Shown here one piece after another: positions 27,632 to 38,544 of a stretch of DNA of 64,000 nucleotides; the first letter of the stretch is position 1, and each line of letters opens with the position of its first letter. The position numbers were made by a program, and so were the translations under genes. The stretch lies in IMG/VR virus record IMGVR_UViG_3300008262_003578, one strand, 5' to 3'. The notes beneath the pieces are model-generated. The model saw nothing but the letters and a program-made list of their open reading frames with translations, had not been told where the DNA came from and ran no database searches. Source of the DNA: a virus.

Positions 27632-29092
27632 TTATTTATAGTTTATTATTTGAAATTTTATTTGTTGTTTATAAGTATTAACTTCACCACTACTAATCAC
27701 TTTTATATCAATATAATATTCGTTAGGTATTTTATCTCTTGTGTCAAAAATGAAATAATATTCATTTGGCGCTCTATTAATTGAGGTCCAACCCTGAACT
27801 TGAACTTCGGTTTGACCTTCCCTAACATAAACCCTATAACTAGCATCAATATGTTGTAATAATTTTTTAGTTGAGTACGCCTGTTTAATAATTACACCAA
27901 CTTTTCTAACATCAGTGTTAAATATTTTTTCATCTTGTTTAATACCATAAAAATCAAACCCATATAATTTAGGGTCAACTGAGGAGGTACCAATTTGGAT
28001 TGAACTTTTTAATGGTAATAGTGTAAATTCATTAAAGATAGTCGGTAAAGTAAAACCATTAAGTTTTAAATTGTACCACTTATCGGTAAATGTACATGGT
28101 GTTTTATAACCTATAAGTGGAGGTATTATAACCTCATAAACACCTTTGGTTTTTTGACAAGTTGTTAATCCCGTTAACCCATCAATTGGGTTACCAGAAG
28201 AGTCATGAATATCAACATTTGGAGTAAAATCCAAGTTAATTGGATTTCCATTATCAAATAAATAAAGATAAAGTTTATTTGTTTTACCAAGAGAAAATAA
28301 ATTCCTATCATCTTCAATTAAATCATTATAAGAAGTTTCTAAATATGGCTCATAAAATGTTTGAGTATGGCGAGTAAAAAATTGAACCTCATAATTTTCT
28401 GTTAAACCCGTTAAATTTTCAACTTGAGGTTTAAAGGCGACCCCCCATCCTGAAATATTATTTAATGAACCATTTAATATTGAGTTTATCTCATCAGTCA
28501 TATCAAAACTGATGTTCTCATTACCAAATTCAAAATGTTGTATATCAACAATAGTTAAACCTGAATAATTCACATTACCATTATTTTTGTTATTGTAAAT
28601 ACCTGGTTCAGTCCAAACCCCAATAGTTGTTGTTTGATACCAATTGGATGGTCTGTCTGAAAAATTTTTATCATTTTTAATTTCGTAAATTAGGTCCGCA
28701 TAATCGTAACCCACACCTTCATCCCATAATTGTGGTAAATTAGGGTCATCATTTATAAATGGGATTCTAAACAAAATCAAATCAAAAGATGTTGCTCTCA
28801 TTCTACTTTGAGATGTTGTTGTATTTAATAGGTCGTTGAATGTTGAGGTATTAACCATTCTTAAAGTATGTTTGATATCGTCAGTACAAGTTGTTGATAT
28901 CGTACCATCAGCAATTTTTTCTTTTAAAAGAGTCAAATCCAAATCAAATATAAAACGACTATAATTGTTAGGATACTGAGTTGAGATTACTGAACCATAA
29001 AAAAGTTCTGTTACAGGGTTTCTACCTGTATTAACAAAACTGTTGTAAATTATAGTATTGTTTCTACTGAAGAATGAATTGTTGATTGACAT
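27632..29092 (-). CDS. hypothetical protein, probably virion structural
   Basis: 486 aa, beta-rich composition; TATTTAT motif at 29108-29114. Confidence 0.6.
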   Translation of the reverse strand: MSINNSFFSRNNTIIYNSFVNTGRNPVTELFYGSVISTQYPNNYSRFIFDLDLTLLKEKIADGTISTTCTDDIKHTLRMVNTSTFNDLLNTTTSQSRMRATSFDLILFRIPFINDDPNLPQLWDEGVGYDYADLIYEIKNDKNFSDRPSNWYQTTTIGVWTEPGIYNNKNNGNVNYSGLTIVDIQHFEFGNENISFDMTDEINSILNGSLNNISGWGVAFKPQVENLTGLTENYEVQFFTRHTQTFYEPYLETSYNDLIEDDRNLFSLGKTNKLYLYLFDNGNPINLDFTPNVDIHDSSGNPIDGLTGLTTCQKTKGVYEVIIPPLIGYKTPCTFTDKWYNLKLNGFTLPTIFNEFTLLPLKSSIQIGTSSVDPKLYGFDFYGIKQDEKIFNTDVRKVGVIIKQAYSTKKLLQHIDASYRVYVREGQTEVQVQGWTSINRAPNEYYFIFDTRDKIPNEYYIDIKVISSGEVNTYKQQIKFQIINYK

Positions 29093-29114
29093 TTATACGT
29101 TTTATATATAAATA

Positions 29115-30749
29115 TCAATTAATTCTAATATTTTGATTTAAGATAGTATTTTGTGAATCCGCCAATATTGCAAGTATCTCCGCAGTTGTTTGGCCATTAC
29201 CTGATGAAACAGGAACTGGTGGCATTGTTGCAATAGGATGTACGTGACCTGTGACAAAATCAAAAATTTTCATTAATAATTTCATTAACTCATCACCCCT
29301 TACTGTTGGGTACGTTTTTTGGAAGATACTATTCTCAGTACCACTAGAACCCGTACCCCCAATAAAATTGTCTTGAGGTATACCATAAAGAGTATTTTGT
29401 AAGTCAATAGTACCTTTAGGTCCTGTTGAATCGTGAGATAGTAAGTATAATTTTTGACCCCCTAAGACCCCATAAGTAACATCCCTATTCAAAGTCTCAA
29501 ATGGTGTCACCTTACCAATTTTTAATTCCTGTTGTACACCAATAACAGGTTGACCTTGTTTGTTATCCCAAACTAAGAAAAAACCTTTTTTTGTGTCATC
29601 AGTTATTGGCTTTATTTTTTGTATAAAATTAGTGTAATTCTTTATTTCATTTATATCTTGATTAGTACTTATGACAGTAAATCTTTGACCCCATCCCGTT
29701 TCGTAAGTTAGTTTAGAAGGTGTTACTATAAATGGGAAAGATTCTTTAGGGTCAACATTTGTTTGAGAGTTTGTGGTATATCCTGAAATGTTTAAATTAC
29801 CAATAACAACTCCTTGTATCACGTTATTTATTATTGTCGTTATTTCATCAATCCCTTTAGCGTTAAATTCAAATTTTTCTATAGGACCAACATAATTAGT
29901 TCCAATAGATATTTTAGTAATAGTATCGTATTTAAAATTTTGGGTGTTAACTTCTTTACTTGGTAGTACGTTATAGATACTAACAGAACCATTAAATGCG
30001 TTTTGAGTATTCTCTAAATTAGATATGTCCCATACAACCATTTTTTTCACAACTTTCGGAACCTCAATAAATGATGCAACTTTTTCTTCTGGTTGAGCCA
30101 CTTTTTCTTGACCAAATGTTGACAATTGTAAAAACGCTCTTTTAGTGTTGGCAACAGGTAATTCAGTTTTACTTAATTTTTTTGTTTTACCCGCTCTAAT
30201 TAAAACATCATTTTCTTTAACAATAATATCCGCAGTCCCACGACCTAATAAAGAGTTATCACCTGGCTCAGGAAATACGCCTTTACTAAAATCTTGTTTA
30301 TATGTACCATCTTGATTTTTAATGGATATACTGTCTTGTATTCTATCACCAGTACCCAAAAACTTTTTAGCGCCCTGAAAATTCTCAAACGGTGATGTCA
30401 TTGGTGACGAAAATGGTCCTTGAATATAGAATTGGTTGGTATAAGGGAACTCCTTATTATAGTACATTATGTGTACGTATTCATTTTTTTTAGGGGTTTG
30501 ACTAATAAAAAATGGTAATAATGGTAAAAATAAAACTGGGTCTTTTGATGTCCATTTATCTTTTTCTTCATCCCAATCAGCAATAGAGTCAATAATATCT
30601 CTATATGCCTTTGTTTCAGGAACAACTCGTAACCTACCTAACATCATTGGGTCTTGGTCATCGTAAACAATACCAGGAAAAATAATTTGACTTAAATTAA
30701 GTTTTCTCAAATAATTTGAGACTATTTTTTCTATTTGACTAGTATCCAT
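29115..30749 (-). CDS. baseplate hub/spike protein (gp5/gpV-like)
   Basis: N-terminal OB-fold signature [17 protein letters not shown]; C-terminal RGDEL...HVHP spike-tip His motif. Confidence 0.65.
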   Translation of the reverse strand: MDTSQIEKIVSNYLRKLNLSQIIFPGIVYDDQDPMMLGRLRVVPETKAYRDIIDSIADWDEEKDKWTSKDPVLFLPLLPFFISQTPKKNEYVHIMYYNKEFPYTNQFYIQGPFSSPMTSPFENFQGAKKFLGTGDRIQDSISIKNQDGTYKQDFSKGVFPEPGDNSLLGRGTADIIVKENDVLIRAGKTKKLSKTELPVANTKRAFLQLSTFGQEKVAQPEEKVASFIEVPKVVKKMVVWDISNLENTQNAFNGSVSIYNVLPSKEVNTQNFKYDTITKISIGTNYVGPIEKFEFNAKGIDEITTIINNVIQGVVIGNLNISGYTTNSQTNVDPKESFPFIVTPSKLTYETGWGQRFTVISTNQDINEIKNYTNFIQKIKPITDDTKKGFFLVWDNKQGQPVIGVQQELKIGKVTPFETLNRDVTYGVLGGQKLYLLSHDSTGPKGTIDLQNTLYGIPQDNFIGGTGSSGTENSIFQKTYPTVRGDELMKLLMKIFDFVTGHVHPIATMPPVPVSSGNGQTTAEILAILADSQNTILNQNIRIN

Positions 30750-30755
30750 TTTTTA

Positions 30756-30968
30756 TTAAGTATTGGTTCTTTTTTGATATTCCTTTAATACAACATTATA
30801 GGTTTCTTCTAACTTATCTAAATGATATGTTAATTTTATTAACGTATCTTTAGTATGTGTAAAATCTTTGTTTAGTAAATCCATAGCAAAAATTAAATCC
30901 TTATTTGAATGATTATTAAGGTCTTTAATGATTTCTAATAATTTTTCAGTATCTTTAGTTGTTACCAT
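30756..30968 (-). CDS. hypothetical coiled-coil protein
   Basis: 70-aa ORF in operon. Confidence 0.65.
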   Translation of the reverse strand: MVTTKDTEKLLEIIKDLNNHSNKDLIFAMDLLNKDFTHTKDTLIKLTYHLDKLEETYNVVLKEYQKRTNT

Positions 30969-30970
30969 AA

Positions 30971-32887
30971 TTATATTTTTTTTCCAAATGCACTTGCTGG
31001 TACAGTAAATCCTGCGGGTGTTATAGTTAACGGACCTAAAGCAACTTGTACCTTACCATTTTCATTTTCTTCATTTGATGATGCTTTTAATTGTGAGAAC
31101 ATTGATAATACAGTTAAATTAGGACTACCATCTGGCATATCGCCTGTCGGTATTCCAATCTTTTGTAATTCACTAATTGTCCCAATAAATGCTCTTGTTT
31201 CCGAATAACCATCCAAAAGCCTTGCCGTGTATAAAATTGGGAATGGTATTAATTGAACTCCCGTAGTCCACGTTTGAATAATACTTAGAAGTTCATCAAC
31301 CACACTTTTACATTTCCTCCAATCAGAAATAAGTTTTACTAAATCAGCAACGGTTAAAAGTATTTTAACTAATCTTAGAATCATTTTAGTTCTTTTATCT
31401 AGTTTTTCTTTTGTAATGTCTTTAATTACACTTAAAATTAAATTTTTAATATCTCTTTTAATAATATTAAAAAGCTCCTCAACAAATACCGCCCCTATTT
31501 TGGTGATTAAATTAATAGAGAAATTCTTAAAAAATTTACAAAATTTCTCAAAACTGTCTATAGTATCGTCAATTGTTTTACCAATAGCTTTAATCATAGT
31601 ATATATTGGTAGTAAAATTTTTGGGGATAACAATGCTCCCACTAAACCAGCTAATAGTTGTTTTATGAAATCTTTATCAATTATATCATACCCTGGTTTA
31701 TTATCACTTGTTGGTGAAACTACCATATCACTCAAACTATCGGCAGTGTTAATAAAATCCTCATCTTGGACATAGGTTAACTTATCTAATTCATCTAATA
31801 ACCCTTCAGTGTTAACTGGTACCTTAACATTATCACAATCCTCAAACTCAATCACTCCATTTTTTACATTAGAAATTTTTTGAGCGATTTCCCTTAACTC
31901 TATATCATCCAACTCAAAAAAAGAATTATCAATACCGTCAGATTGTGAAATCTTAGCATTACCACTAACATCAATTTCAGTCCTATTATCAAAACATAAA
32001 CCTAACATTCGTTGGACTTTTAAACTAAGCCAAGATTTGTCTCCTATTTGAGAGTCACTATCTTTTTTCTTTATTGAAATTGCACCTGTTAAAAAATCTA
32101 TTAACCAAGCATAAACATTGTGACCGTCAAATAGTTTGATTGTGTTTAAATAATCCTGAACAAACTGACCAACTAAATTTTGATTAACATCAACTGCGTT
32201 AATATTCGCAATTCTAGCTTTTGGGGTTACTTTAAACCATCCACCACCAATCCCTGTTATAGGGTTAATTTCTAAAAATTCAATGTCAAACAAATTTTGT
32301 TTTGAATCTCCTTTATAAAATTGAGAATGAACAACCGAATACGGGTTTGTGTTTTGAGTCACGTTATACAGTTCTTTATTCATCGCAAATGGTTTGTTTT
32401 GAATAACAACACTATTTTTTTCGTAAATTAATTTACCAACTTTACTATTAGGGTCAATTTTTAAAATGCCCCCTAAATCTATTGAGGCAACACTGATTAA
32501 TATTGGACTTTCCGCAACGTAAGTTTGTTGTTGGTCACAACCCACCGCAGTTAAAATTTCTTCAAATAAAATTTCTAAAATTTTAGGTTCAATAGTTTTA
32601 ACTGTTTGTATTAATTTTTTTTTAACGTATTGTAATGAATTAGACCCCGTTACTTCATTTATATCTAATAAATGGTCAAATTGAGATTTGACTTTTCTCT
32701 GAAAAGATTTAGTCTTGGCGGAAAATGAGTCTAAAGGACCTGTAATAGAGTCCTTTCTTTTTTCAAAAGAAGACCCATATTTTTTAGATGCATCATCATA
32801 CCTTTTTTTTAGGTTTTTGTACGCTTTAGTGGACTCAACCTCAGTTTGTAATTTTTCGTAATCAGCACTAATGTCAATAGACGCCAT
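30971..32887 (-). CDS. hypothetical protein (638 aa)
   Basis: long ORF, no recognised motif. Confidence 0.75.
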   Translation of the reverse strand: MASIDISADYEKLQTEVESTKAYKNLKKRYDDASKKYGSSFEKRKDSITGPLDSFSAKTKSFQRKVKSQFDHLLDINEVTGSNSLQYVKKKLIQTVKTIEPKILEILFEEILTAVGCDQQQTYVAESPILISVASIDLGGILKIDPNSKVGKLIYEKNSVVIQNKPFAMNKELYNVTQNTNPYSVVHSQFYKGDSKQNLFDIEFLEINPITGIGGGWFKVTPKARIANINAVDVNQNLVGQFVQDYLNTIKLFDGHNVYAWLIDFLTGAISIKKKDSDSQIGDKSWLSLKVQRMLGLCFDNRTEIDVSGNAKISQSDGIDNSFFELDDIELREIAQKISNVKNGVIEFEDCDNVKVPVNTEGLLDELDKLTYVQDEDFINTADSLSDMVVSPTSDNKPGYDIIDKDFIKQLLAGLVGALLSPKILLPIYTMIKAIGKTIDDTIDSFEKFCKFFKNFSINLITKIGAVFVEELFNIIKRDIKNLILSVIKDITKEKLDKRTKMILRLVKILLTVADLVKLISDWRKCKSVVDELLSIIQTWTTGVQLIPFPILYTARLLDGYSETRAFIGTISELQKIGIPTGDMPDGSPNLTVLSMFSQLKASSNEENENGKVQVALGPLTITPAGFTVPASAFGKKI

Positions 32888-32895
32888 AATTTAAA

Positions 32896-33267
32896 TTATT
32901 TCATTTTATATGACCCTCCACCAGTATTAACATCCTTGTCAATTAAACTTTTAATCATCTCATCATCCATATCAATATCTGACAATGAAAAACTTTCACT
33001 AGTGTTATTTGATTTCTCCCAAATACTTGCTTGTAACTTAGATAAGGATAATTTTTTTTCCACACAGTCATTGATAATTTTTTGTTGTTTTTCAATAACA
33101 GGACCTATTAAAGTCATATCTTCAGGGTCCTTCATCATTGTTAACATTTTATTTTGAATTCTGATGGCAGTATTTCTCTGTTCTACAAGTTCATTGTAAA
33201 TTTCTTGCATCAATGACAAAATTGATTCTTTGGTTAAATTAATTTCTTTTTTTGGTGGTCTTCCCAT
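32896..33267 (-). CDS. helical protein with N-terminal GRPPKK; candidate terminase small subunit
   Basis: AT-hook-like N-terminus plus two long amphipathic helices; function inferred only. Confidence 0.35.
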   Translation of the reverse strand: MGRPPKKEINLTKESILSLMQEIYNELVEQRNTAIRIQNKMLTMMKDPEDMTLIGPVIEKQQKIINDCVEKKLSLSKLQASIWEKSNNTSESFSLSDIDMDDEMIKSLIDKDVNTGGGSYKMK

Positions 33268-33293
33268 AGTATATAAATATTTATCTAAAAATT

Positions 33294-34040
33294 TTATTTA
33301 ACCATATTTTGGATTAGGTTTAAATAAATAACCTTGAATTTTTTCATTGAACTTCTTATTTCTTTTGTTGATAAATTTGTCATTTCTCTAAGAGATAATA
33401 AAACAATGTTTTTATTAAATTTATTATTATCATTCCCAATAAAAATACTTTCATAATTATCAAACAAATCATATAGGGCCATTCCTAATTTATGCTCGTT
33501 CTCCGACAATTTTTCATTTTTAATGAATAAATCCAATTCAATTAAAAATTTATTAATAACACTGCTATAATCTATAGTATCCTTATCAAGGGAATAAGAA
33601 AACTGTTCACTATTTTCTAAGTCACTTGAAATGTCTTCATATGAAATTTTTCTATTTGTTTCCTTTTGGTCCTTTATGATTTGACCCATTAAATAGTTTT
33701 TACATATGGTACCAAAATAAGAATAGGCCTTTTTTTCTTTAGAAGGTTTAAATTTCTCAATTTTAGTCATTAAAAATGAATGGGTATCTATATGTATTTC
33801 ATAGAAATCCATATCTTTTCTGTATAACTTATACCGTCTAATAATTGACGATATCATTTTATCTAAAGGTTTTCTCAAAAAATCATTATAAATTTTGTTT
33901 TTTTCTTCGTAAGTTTTGGCGGTTAAAAAATCTATAACCGCCATTTCTTCCTGTACATCAAAATAATTTGATTGTTTTGGTTTTCTACCTTTCTTTTTTA
34001 CCTCATTTGATTGTTCTGACAGTTCATTTTTTTCGCTCAT
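33294..34040 (-). CDS. phage sigma-70-like transcription factor (T4 gp55-like)
   Basis: NYF...E.A...; FKPSKEKKAYSYFGTICKNYL resembles the region-2 segment of gp55-type sigmas. Confidence 0.55.
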   Translation of the reverse strand: MSEKNELSEQSNEVKKKGRKPKQSNYFDVQEEMAVIDFLTAKTYEEKNKIYNDFLRKPLDKMISSIIRRYKLYRKDMDFYEIHIDTHSFLMTKIEKFKPSKEKKAYSYFGTICKNYLMGQIIKDQKETNRKISYEDISSDLENSEQFSYSLDKDTIDYSSVINKFLIELDLFIKNEKLSENEHKLGMALYDLFDNYESIFIGNDNNKFNKNIVLLSLREMTNLSTKEIRSSMKKFKVIYLNLIQNMVK

Positions 34041-34864
34041 TAAACAATTTGAGATTCATACTTTATGTTTCTATCGGCATCAAATAAGTATTCTTTTTTT
34101 GCTGACTCAACCCAAAACCTAATCTCATCATTAGTTAATGGTTCATTACCATTTTTGTAATTCCAAAAGATTGAGCCGTTTCTTAAATTAACGTGTTTGT
34201 AACCAATTCTTGGAATTGACATAATTTTAACTGATTTTTGAGTAAGTCTTAAAAACATTTCATAACCAAAAGTTAGTTTAAATGAAGGTTTAATTAAGTC
34301 GTAATCACTGAAAGAACTTTTTCTAATGACCATTCCCGACATTTGGAAATTTTGGTAGTCTTGTAAAGTTTCATTAGTTAATATACCCATTTCAGATGAG
34401 AAGTTAGCGGCAAATGTCGCTTCATTTGTAAATCCCGCAAATAATCCCTTTTCATCGGTATCAACAACTATTGGTAAAAACGCATCAACATCTGGATATG
34501 ATTCAGAATATTTTTTAACATTCTTAAACCAAATTGTGGAGTATTCATCATCAAACTCAAAAAGAGAAACCCATTTTGATTCTGAAGATTTAATACCGTA
34601 ATTAATTTGTGAGGCATAATTAGGTTCTTCAGTCCACTCAAGTTTTTTAACATTTAACAAACCAAAATCAAATCCGTTTAAATATTCGGTAAGAGAAGTT
34701 TCATTACAGTAAACAATTACAAGTTCGTTTATTTGAGTATTTTGAATTTTCAACGACTCAACACATTTTTTAAAGTAATCTTCAAAACCAAGTACCTTAC
34801 TGGTTTTAATCGGTAAAATAACCGATACATCAAATTTTTCTACATTTTCCATATTATTCATCAA
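34040..34864 (-). CDS. GT-A fold glycosyltransferase (GT2-like)
   Basis: VSVILP, INYG, LFEFDDE (DxD-like). Confidence 0.7.
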   Translation of the reverse strand: MMNNMENVEKFDVSVILPIKTSKVLGFEDYFKKCVESLKIQNTQINELVIVYCNETSLTEYLNGFDFGLLNVKKLEWTEEPNYASQINYGIKSSESKWVSLFEFDDEYSTIWFKNVKKYSESYPDVDAFLPIVVDTDEKGLFAGFTNEATFAANFSSEMGILTNETLQDYQNFQMSGMVIRKSSFSDYDLIKPSFKLTFGYEMFLRLTQKSVKIMSIPRIGYKHVNLRNGSIFWNYKNGNEPLTNDEIRFWVESAKKEYLFDADRNIKYESQIV

Positions 34865-35918
34865 TTGTTTCTGTTTTTATTAATTGACCTTCAAATGACT
34901 CTAATCTCACCGAGATGTATGATTCAAATAAAGATAAAACGGTACTTTCAAACTGCTCTTGAGTTGATAATTCAGAAACAGTTTTATCCATTTCAGAAAA
35001 AATATTTTCATCAATATTATCCTCAAGCCAACTTTGGATATAGTCCGCAATAAAATCAACCATCTGTATTTTATTATTAGCCCACAAACCATTTTTTTCA
35101 TTCAACCACTTAGGTAATAAGTTAGGAACTAATCCCATAACAGGAACACCCGTTTTCATTGATTCTAATGGGAATGTACCGTAAGAACTTGTCTCATCAA
35201 TCCATACTGATAAACAAGTATCTTTCAGTCCATCCGCAAACTGTTTCTCAGTTAATCCTCTCATATCACGAAAAGTAATCCATCTATATTGGGGGTATTT
35301 AATATAGAAGTTTTTAACTAAGTTAATAGAATCTCTTTGCTCTCTTGTGTTAATTGCGATTATTGGTTTTGATGGTAAACTTGGTTTAGAAAATTTTTCA
35401 GGAATATAAGGTTCTAAAACATCAACTGAAACATTCTTCATCAATGATGAAATGTATTCTTTTTGTTCTTCTGATGTTGTAATACATTTATGGAACCCTA
35501 ATTGACCCCAAGTTTGACCTGGCTGTAATGTCTCAAGAATATGGTCATAAGCTTGGCATAAAACAATTTTACCACAAGGTAATTTTGTGATTTGGCTCAT
35601 TACAAACCCATAAAGTTCAGGTACTACAATAAAATCTTCGGGTGAAACTTCTAAGTTTTGACCCTCAATTGATTGATGAGGTATTTTTTCCATGTACTCA
35701 TTACCCAACCACTCACCAACACCTGTATAATCGGGTTTTTCGTGTAACATAATTACATTATAACCAGAATTAATTAACGTTAATCCTAACCTATAAATGT
35801 ATGAAATAGATGCTTTGGCGTTACCTTTAGTATCTTGAGCCAAAAGATAAATTTTAGATTTTTTATCCTTCATATTTTGGATAGACCTCTCTAATTTTGA
35901 AATTTGTTCTTGATTCAT
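34854..35918 (-). CDS. GT-B fold glycosyltransferase (GT4-like)
   Basis: C-terminal YGTFPLESMKTGVPV. Confidence 0.65.
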   Translation of the reverse strand: MNQEQISKLERSIQNMKDKKSKIYLLAQDTKGNAKASISYIYRLGLTLINSGYNVIMLHEKPDYTGVGEWLGNEYMEKIPHQSIEGQNLEVSPEDFIVVPELYGFVMSQITKLPCGKIVLCQAYDHILETLQPGQTWGQLGFHKCITTSEEQKEYISSLMKNVSVDVLEPYIPEKFSKPSLPSKPIIAINTREQRDSINLVKNFYIKYPQYRWITFRDMRGLTEKQFADGLKDTCLSVWIDETSSYGTFPLESMKTGVPVMGLVPNLLPKWLNEKNGLWANNKIQMVDFIADYIQSWLEDNIDENIFSEMDKTVSELSTQEQFESTVLSLFESYISVRLESFEGQLIKTETIDE

Positions 35919-35922
35919 ATGT

Positions 35923-36189
35923 TTAATATTTATTTATTATTTTTTTGTTTATTAGTGTATTAAATGCTAATTTAAAAGGTATTGATATTTCAGAACTTTT
36001 TGGTCCTAATGTTTCGTCAACATCTTCACTTTCACTTAATAGAACATCAACCATAATTTTTAACATATCATATTTTACCACACTGATATGTTGTTCTGTA
36101 CTTCCAGACTCTGAGTAGTTTGGTAGATTAACCAATTCCTCCATTTTATCTAAATCAAGATAATAATGTTCATTTAAAATTTTTAACAT
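35923..36189 (-). CDS. hypothetical protein
   Basis: 88-aa ORF in operon. Confidence 0.7.
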   Translation of the reverse strand: MLKILNEHYYLDLDKMEELVNLPNYSESGSTEQHISVVKYDMLKIMVDVLLSESEDVDETLGPKSSEISIPFKLAFNTLINKKIINKY

Positions 36190-36191
36190 AG

Positions 36192-36785
36192 TTACAATTC
36201 TTTAATTTTATTTTCCAACTCTTTTATTGAGCTAATTGTATGAATGCAAGGAATATCTTTGTTATACTCCGTCTCATATTTTATTATAATTTTACCATCA
36301 GGATAATCTAATAATAAGGCGGGATTTGATGTAAGTAAAATATCCACCTCATCCCACATTGAATTAATTGTTAAATTACTATAGAATTTAACTTTTTCTA
36401 ATTGACACCCAAATTTTGAAAGGAAGAATAATGATGCGGGTTTTGACCTACCAATTTCATCTGAAACAATTAAGAAATCAAAGTAATCTCTGTAATTGAC
36501 ATATATATCATTTAAATCATTGAATGTAGTATATTCAGTTGATTGAGAATGCCCAAATATTTCCATTGGGAATTCCTCATATAAAAATGAATACACCTCT
36601 TCGTCACTTTGGAATTCAAAATGATTTTTAAGTTCTAACGAATTTATTGGTGTGGTTATTTTGTATTCAAACGAATCCTCATCCTCAATACCTTCGGTCT
36701 TATCAATATAGAATTTTTGATAGGTTTGTTCTATCTTACCTAATGTATTTCTTAACACACCATTTATCTCAATCCCAAATCTCAT
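36192..36785 (-). CDS. HAD-like (5'(3')-nucleotidase-related) protein with altered motif I
   Basis: FGIEINGVLR in place of IGIDIDGVL. Confidence 0.55.
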   Translation of the reverse strand: MRFGIEINGVLRNTLGKIEQTYQKFYIDKTEGIEDEDSFEYKITTPINSLELKNHFEFQSDEEVYSFLYEEFPMEIFGHSQSTEYTTFNDLNDIYVNYRDYFDFLIVSDEIGRSKPASLFFLSKFGCQLEKVKFYSNLTINSMWDEVDILLTSNPALLLDYPDGKIIIKYETEYNKDIPCIHTISSIKELENKIKEL

Positions 36786-37522
36786 TCCTCGTATCTGTTT
36801 AAGATTTTAGTGATTAACGGGTTACGAACAACATCTTCCATACCAAATTCAAAAACTCCTATCTCACTAACATTCTTAAGTTTTTGAATTGCATCCCAAA
36901 GACCCGTTTGTTTCTTATCTTTGTATCGGTCAGTCTGCTCCAAGTCACCCGATATGAAAAATTTACTATTATAACCAATCCTTGTTAATAGTAATTTCAT
37001 TTGATTAGGTGTTGAGTTTTGAGCTTCCTCAAATATTAAAATTGAATTGTCAATGTTCATACCTCTCATATAGGCCAAGGCAAACACCTCAACAAACTCA
37101 AGTTCTTTTAATTTTTCTCTAGCATCCTTACCAATAATTTTATTCATCAGATAGTAAGATGGGAAAATGTAAGGGTCTAATTTTTCCTCAACGTTACCAG
37201 GTAATGCTCCCAACTTTTCTTCTGCCTCAACCGCAGGTCTAACAATAATAATTTTTTCATACTGATTATCAGGGTCGTATAATAAATTAAGAGCTGCGCT
37301 CATAGCCACAAAACTCTTACCAACACCTGCAGGACCCGTACAAATAGTTATTTGGTTATGTTTTAATGTCTCAAAATATTTTCTTTGATTTTCTGTTAAA
37401 AACTTCTCTTTGGGCTTCTTTTTTAAGATTTTACCAATGATGTCTTTTTTATTTAGAGGTCTTGAAGGTTCCTCACTCACCGAAGGCGTTGCTTGCGGAG
37501 ATGGTTTTTTTCTTTGTGACAT
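36782..37522 (-). CDS. phoH: PhoH family ATPase
   Basis: GPAGVGKS, VRPAVE...LGALPG, AYMRG, EEAQN, GDLEQTD, VVRNP. Confidence 0.92.
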   Translation of the reverse strand: MSQRKKPSPQATPSVSEEPSRPLNKKDIIGKILKKKPKEKFLTENQRKYFETLKHNQITICTGPAGVGKSFVAMSAALNLLYDPDNQYEKIIIVRPAVEAEEKLGALPGNVEEKLDPYIFPSYYLMNKIIGKDAREKLKELEFVEVFALAYMRGMNIDNSILIFEEAQNSTPNQMKLLLTRIGYNSKFFISGDLEQTDRYKDKKQTGLWDAIQKLKNVSEIGVFEFGMEDVVRNPLITKILNRYEE

Positions 37523-37560
37523 ATTATTTTAATTAAATTTTATAACTAAATAATACTCCA

Positions 37561-38544
37561 TTATTTATAATATTCAAGCCAATATTCAATCATCTCATCT
37601 AACATAGATTCAAAAGTATAATTTGGTCTCCAACCTGTCATTGATTTTAGTTTTGTACTATCACCCTTCAAATCGTAAAGTTCTTCAGGACGATAAAATT
37701 TTTCATCAATTGTAACATATTCTCTAAAATCTAATTCTAACTTATTAAAGACATATTCACATAAATCTTTAACAGAATGTGATATACCCGTTGAACAAAC
37801 AAAATCATCGGGTTTATCTTGTTGTAAAATCATCCACATCGCCTCAACATAATCTTTAGCGTGGCCCCAATCTCTAGTGGCGTCAAGATTACCAAGTTTT
37901 AATTGATTAGATAAACCTAATTTAATTTTAACAGCTTCTTTACATACTTTATTCGTAACAAAATTAGTACCTCTTCTTGGTGATTCGTGATTAAACAATA
38001 TCCCATTAGAAACAAACATGTCATATGAGTTTCTATAATTTCTACAAATGTTATATGAGAATACTTTTGCACATCCGTATGGTGATACAGGATTCATTGG
38101 AGTTGTTTCTCTTTGATACCCATCTTGGTCAATACAATTACCAAACATCTCTGAAGATGATGCTTGATAAATTTTTATAGATGGGTCAATTAATTTAACC
38201 GCCTCTAAAAGATTTAATGTCCCAACACCAGTAACATTTGCCGTGTATAATGGTTGGTCAAATGAAATTCTAACATGTGATTGAGCCGCTAAATTGTAAA
38301 TTTCAACGGGTCTAACTTCTTGAATGACACGAATTAATGATGACAAATCTGTCATATCGGCATAGTGTAGTTTAATTTTTTCGTATACCGAGTCTAATCT
38401 TGAAGTTTGATTTTCAGAAACTGAGTTTCGTTTTAAAGTCCCGTGTACCTCATAACCCTTGTCAAGTAAAAATTCTGTTAGGTATGAACCGTCTTGTCCG
38501 TTTATACCTGTAATTAATGCGATTTTATTTTCTAACGTTCTCAT
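37561..38544 (-). CDS. gmd: GDP-mannose 4,6-dehydratase
   Basis: ITGINGQDGSYL, NLAAQSHV, QASSSEMFG, PYGCAK, LFNHESPRRG, RDWGHAKDY. Confidence 0.95.
   Translation of the reverse strand: MRTLENKIALITGINGQDGSYLTEFLLDKGYEVHGTLKRNSVSENQTSRLDSVYEKIKLHYADMTDLSSLIRVIQEVRPVEIYNLAAQSHVRISFDQPLYTANVTGVGTLNLLEAVKLIDPSIKIYQASSSEMFGNCIDQDGYQRETTPMNPVSPYGCAKVFSYNICRNYRNSYDMFVSNGILFNHESPRRGTNFVTNKVCKEAVKIKLGLSNQLKLGNLDATRDWGHAKDYVEAMWMILQQDKPDDFVCSTGISHSVKDLCEYVFNKLELDFREYVTIDEKFYRPEELYDLKGDSTKLKSMTGWRPNYTFESMLDEMIEYWLEYYK

Noticed and set aside
31416-31775. Assorted 60-140 aa antisense ORFs inside long genes (for example 31416, 40277, 51870)
   Set aside because: Each is fully nested opposite a well-supported gene and has no recognisable motif
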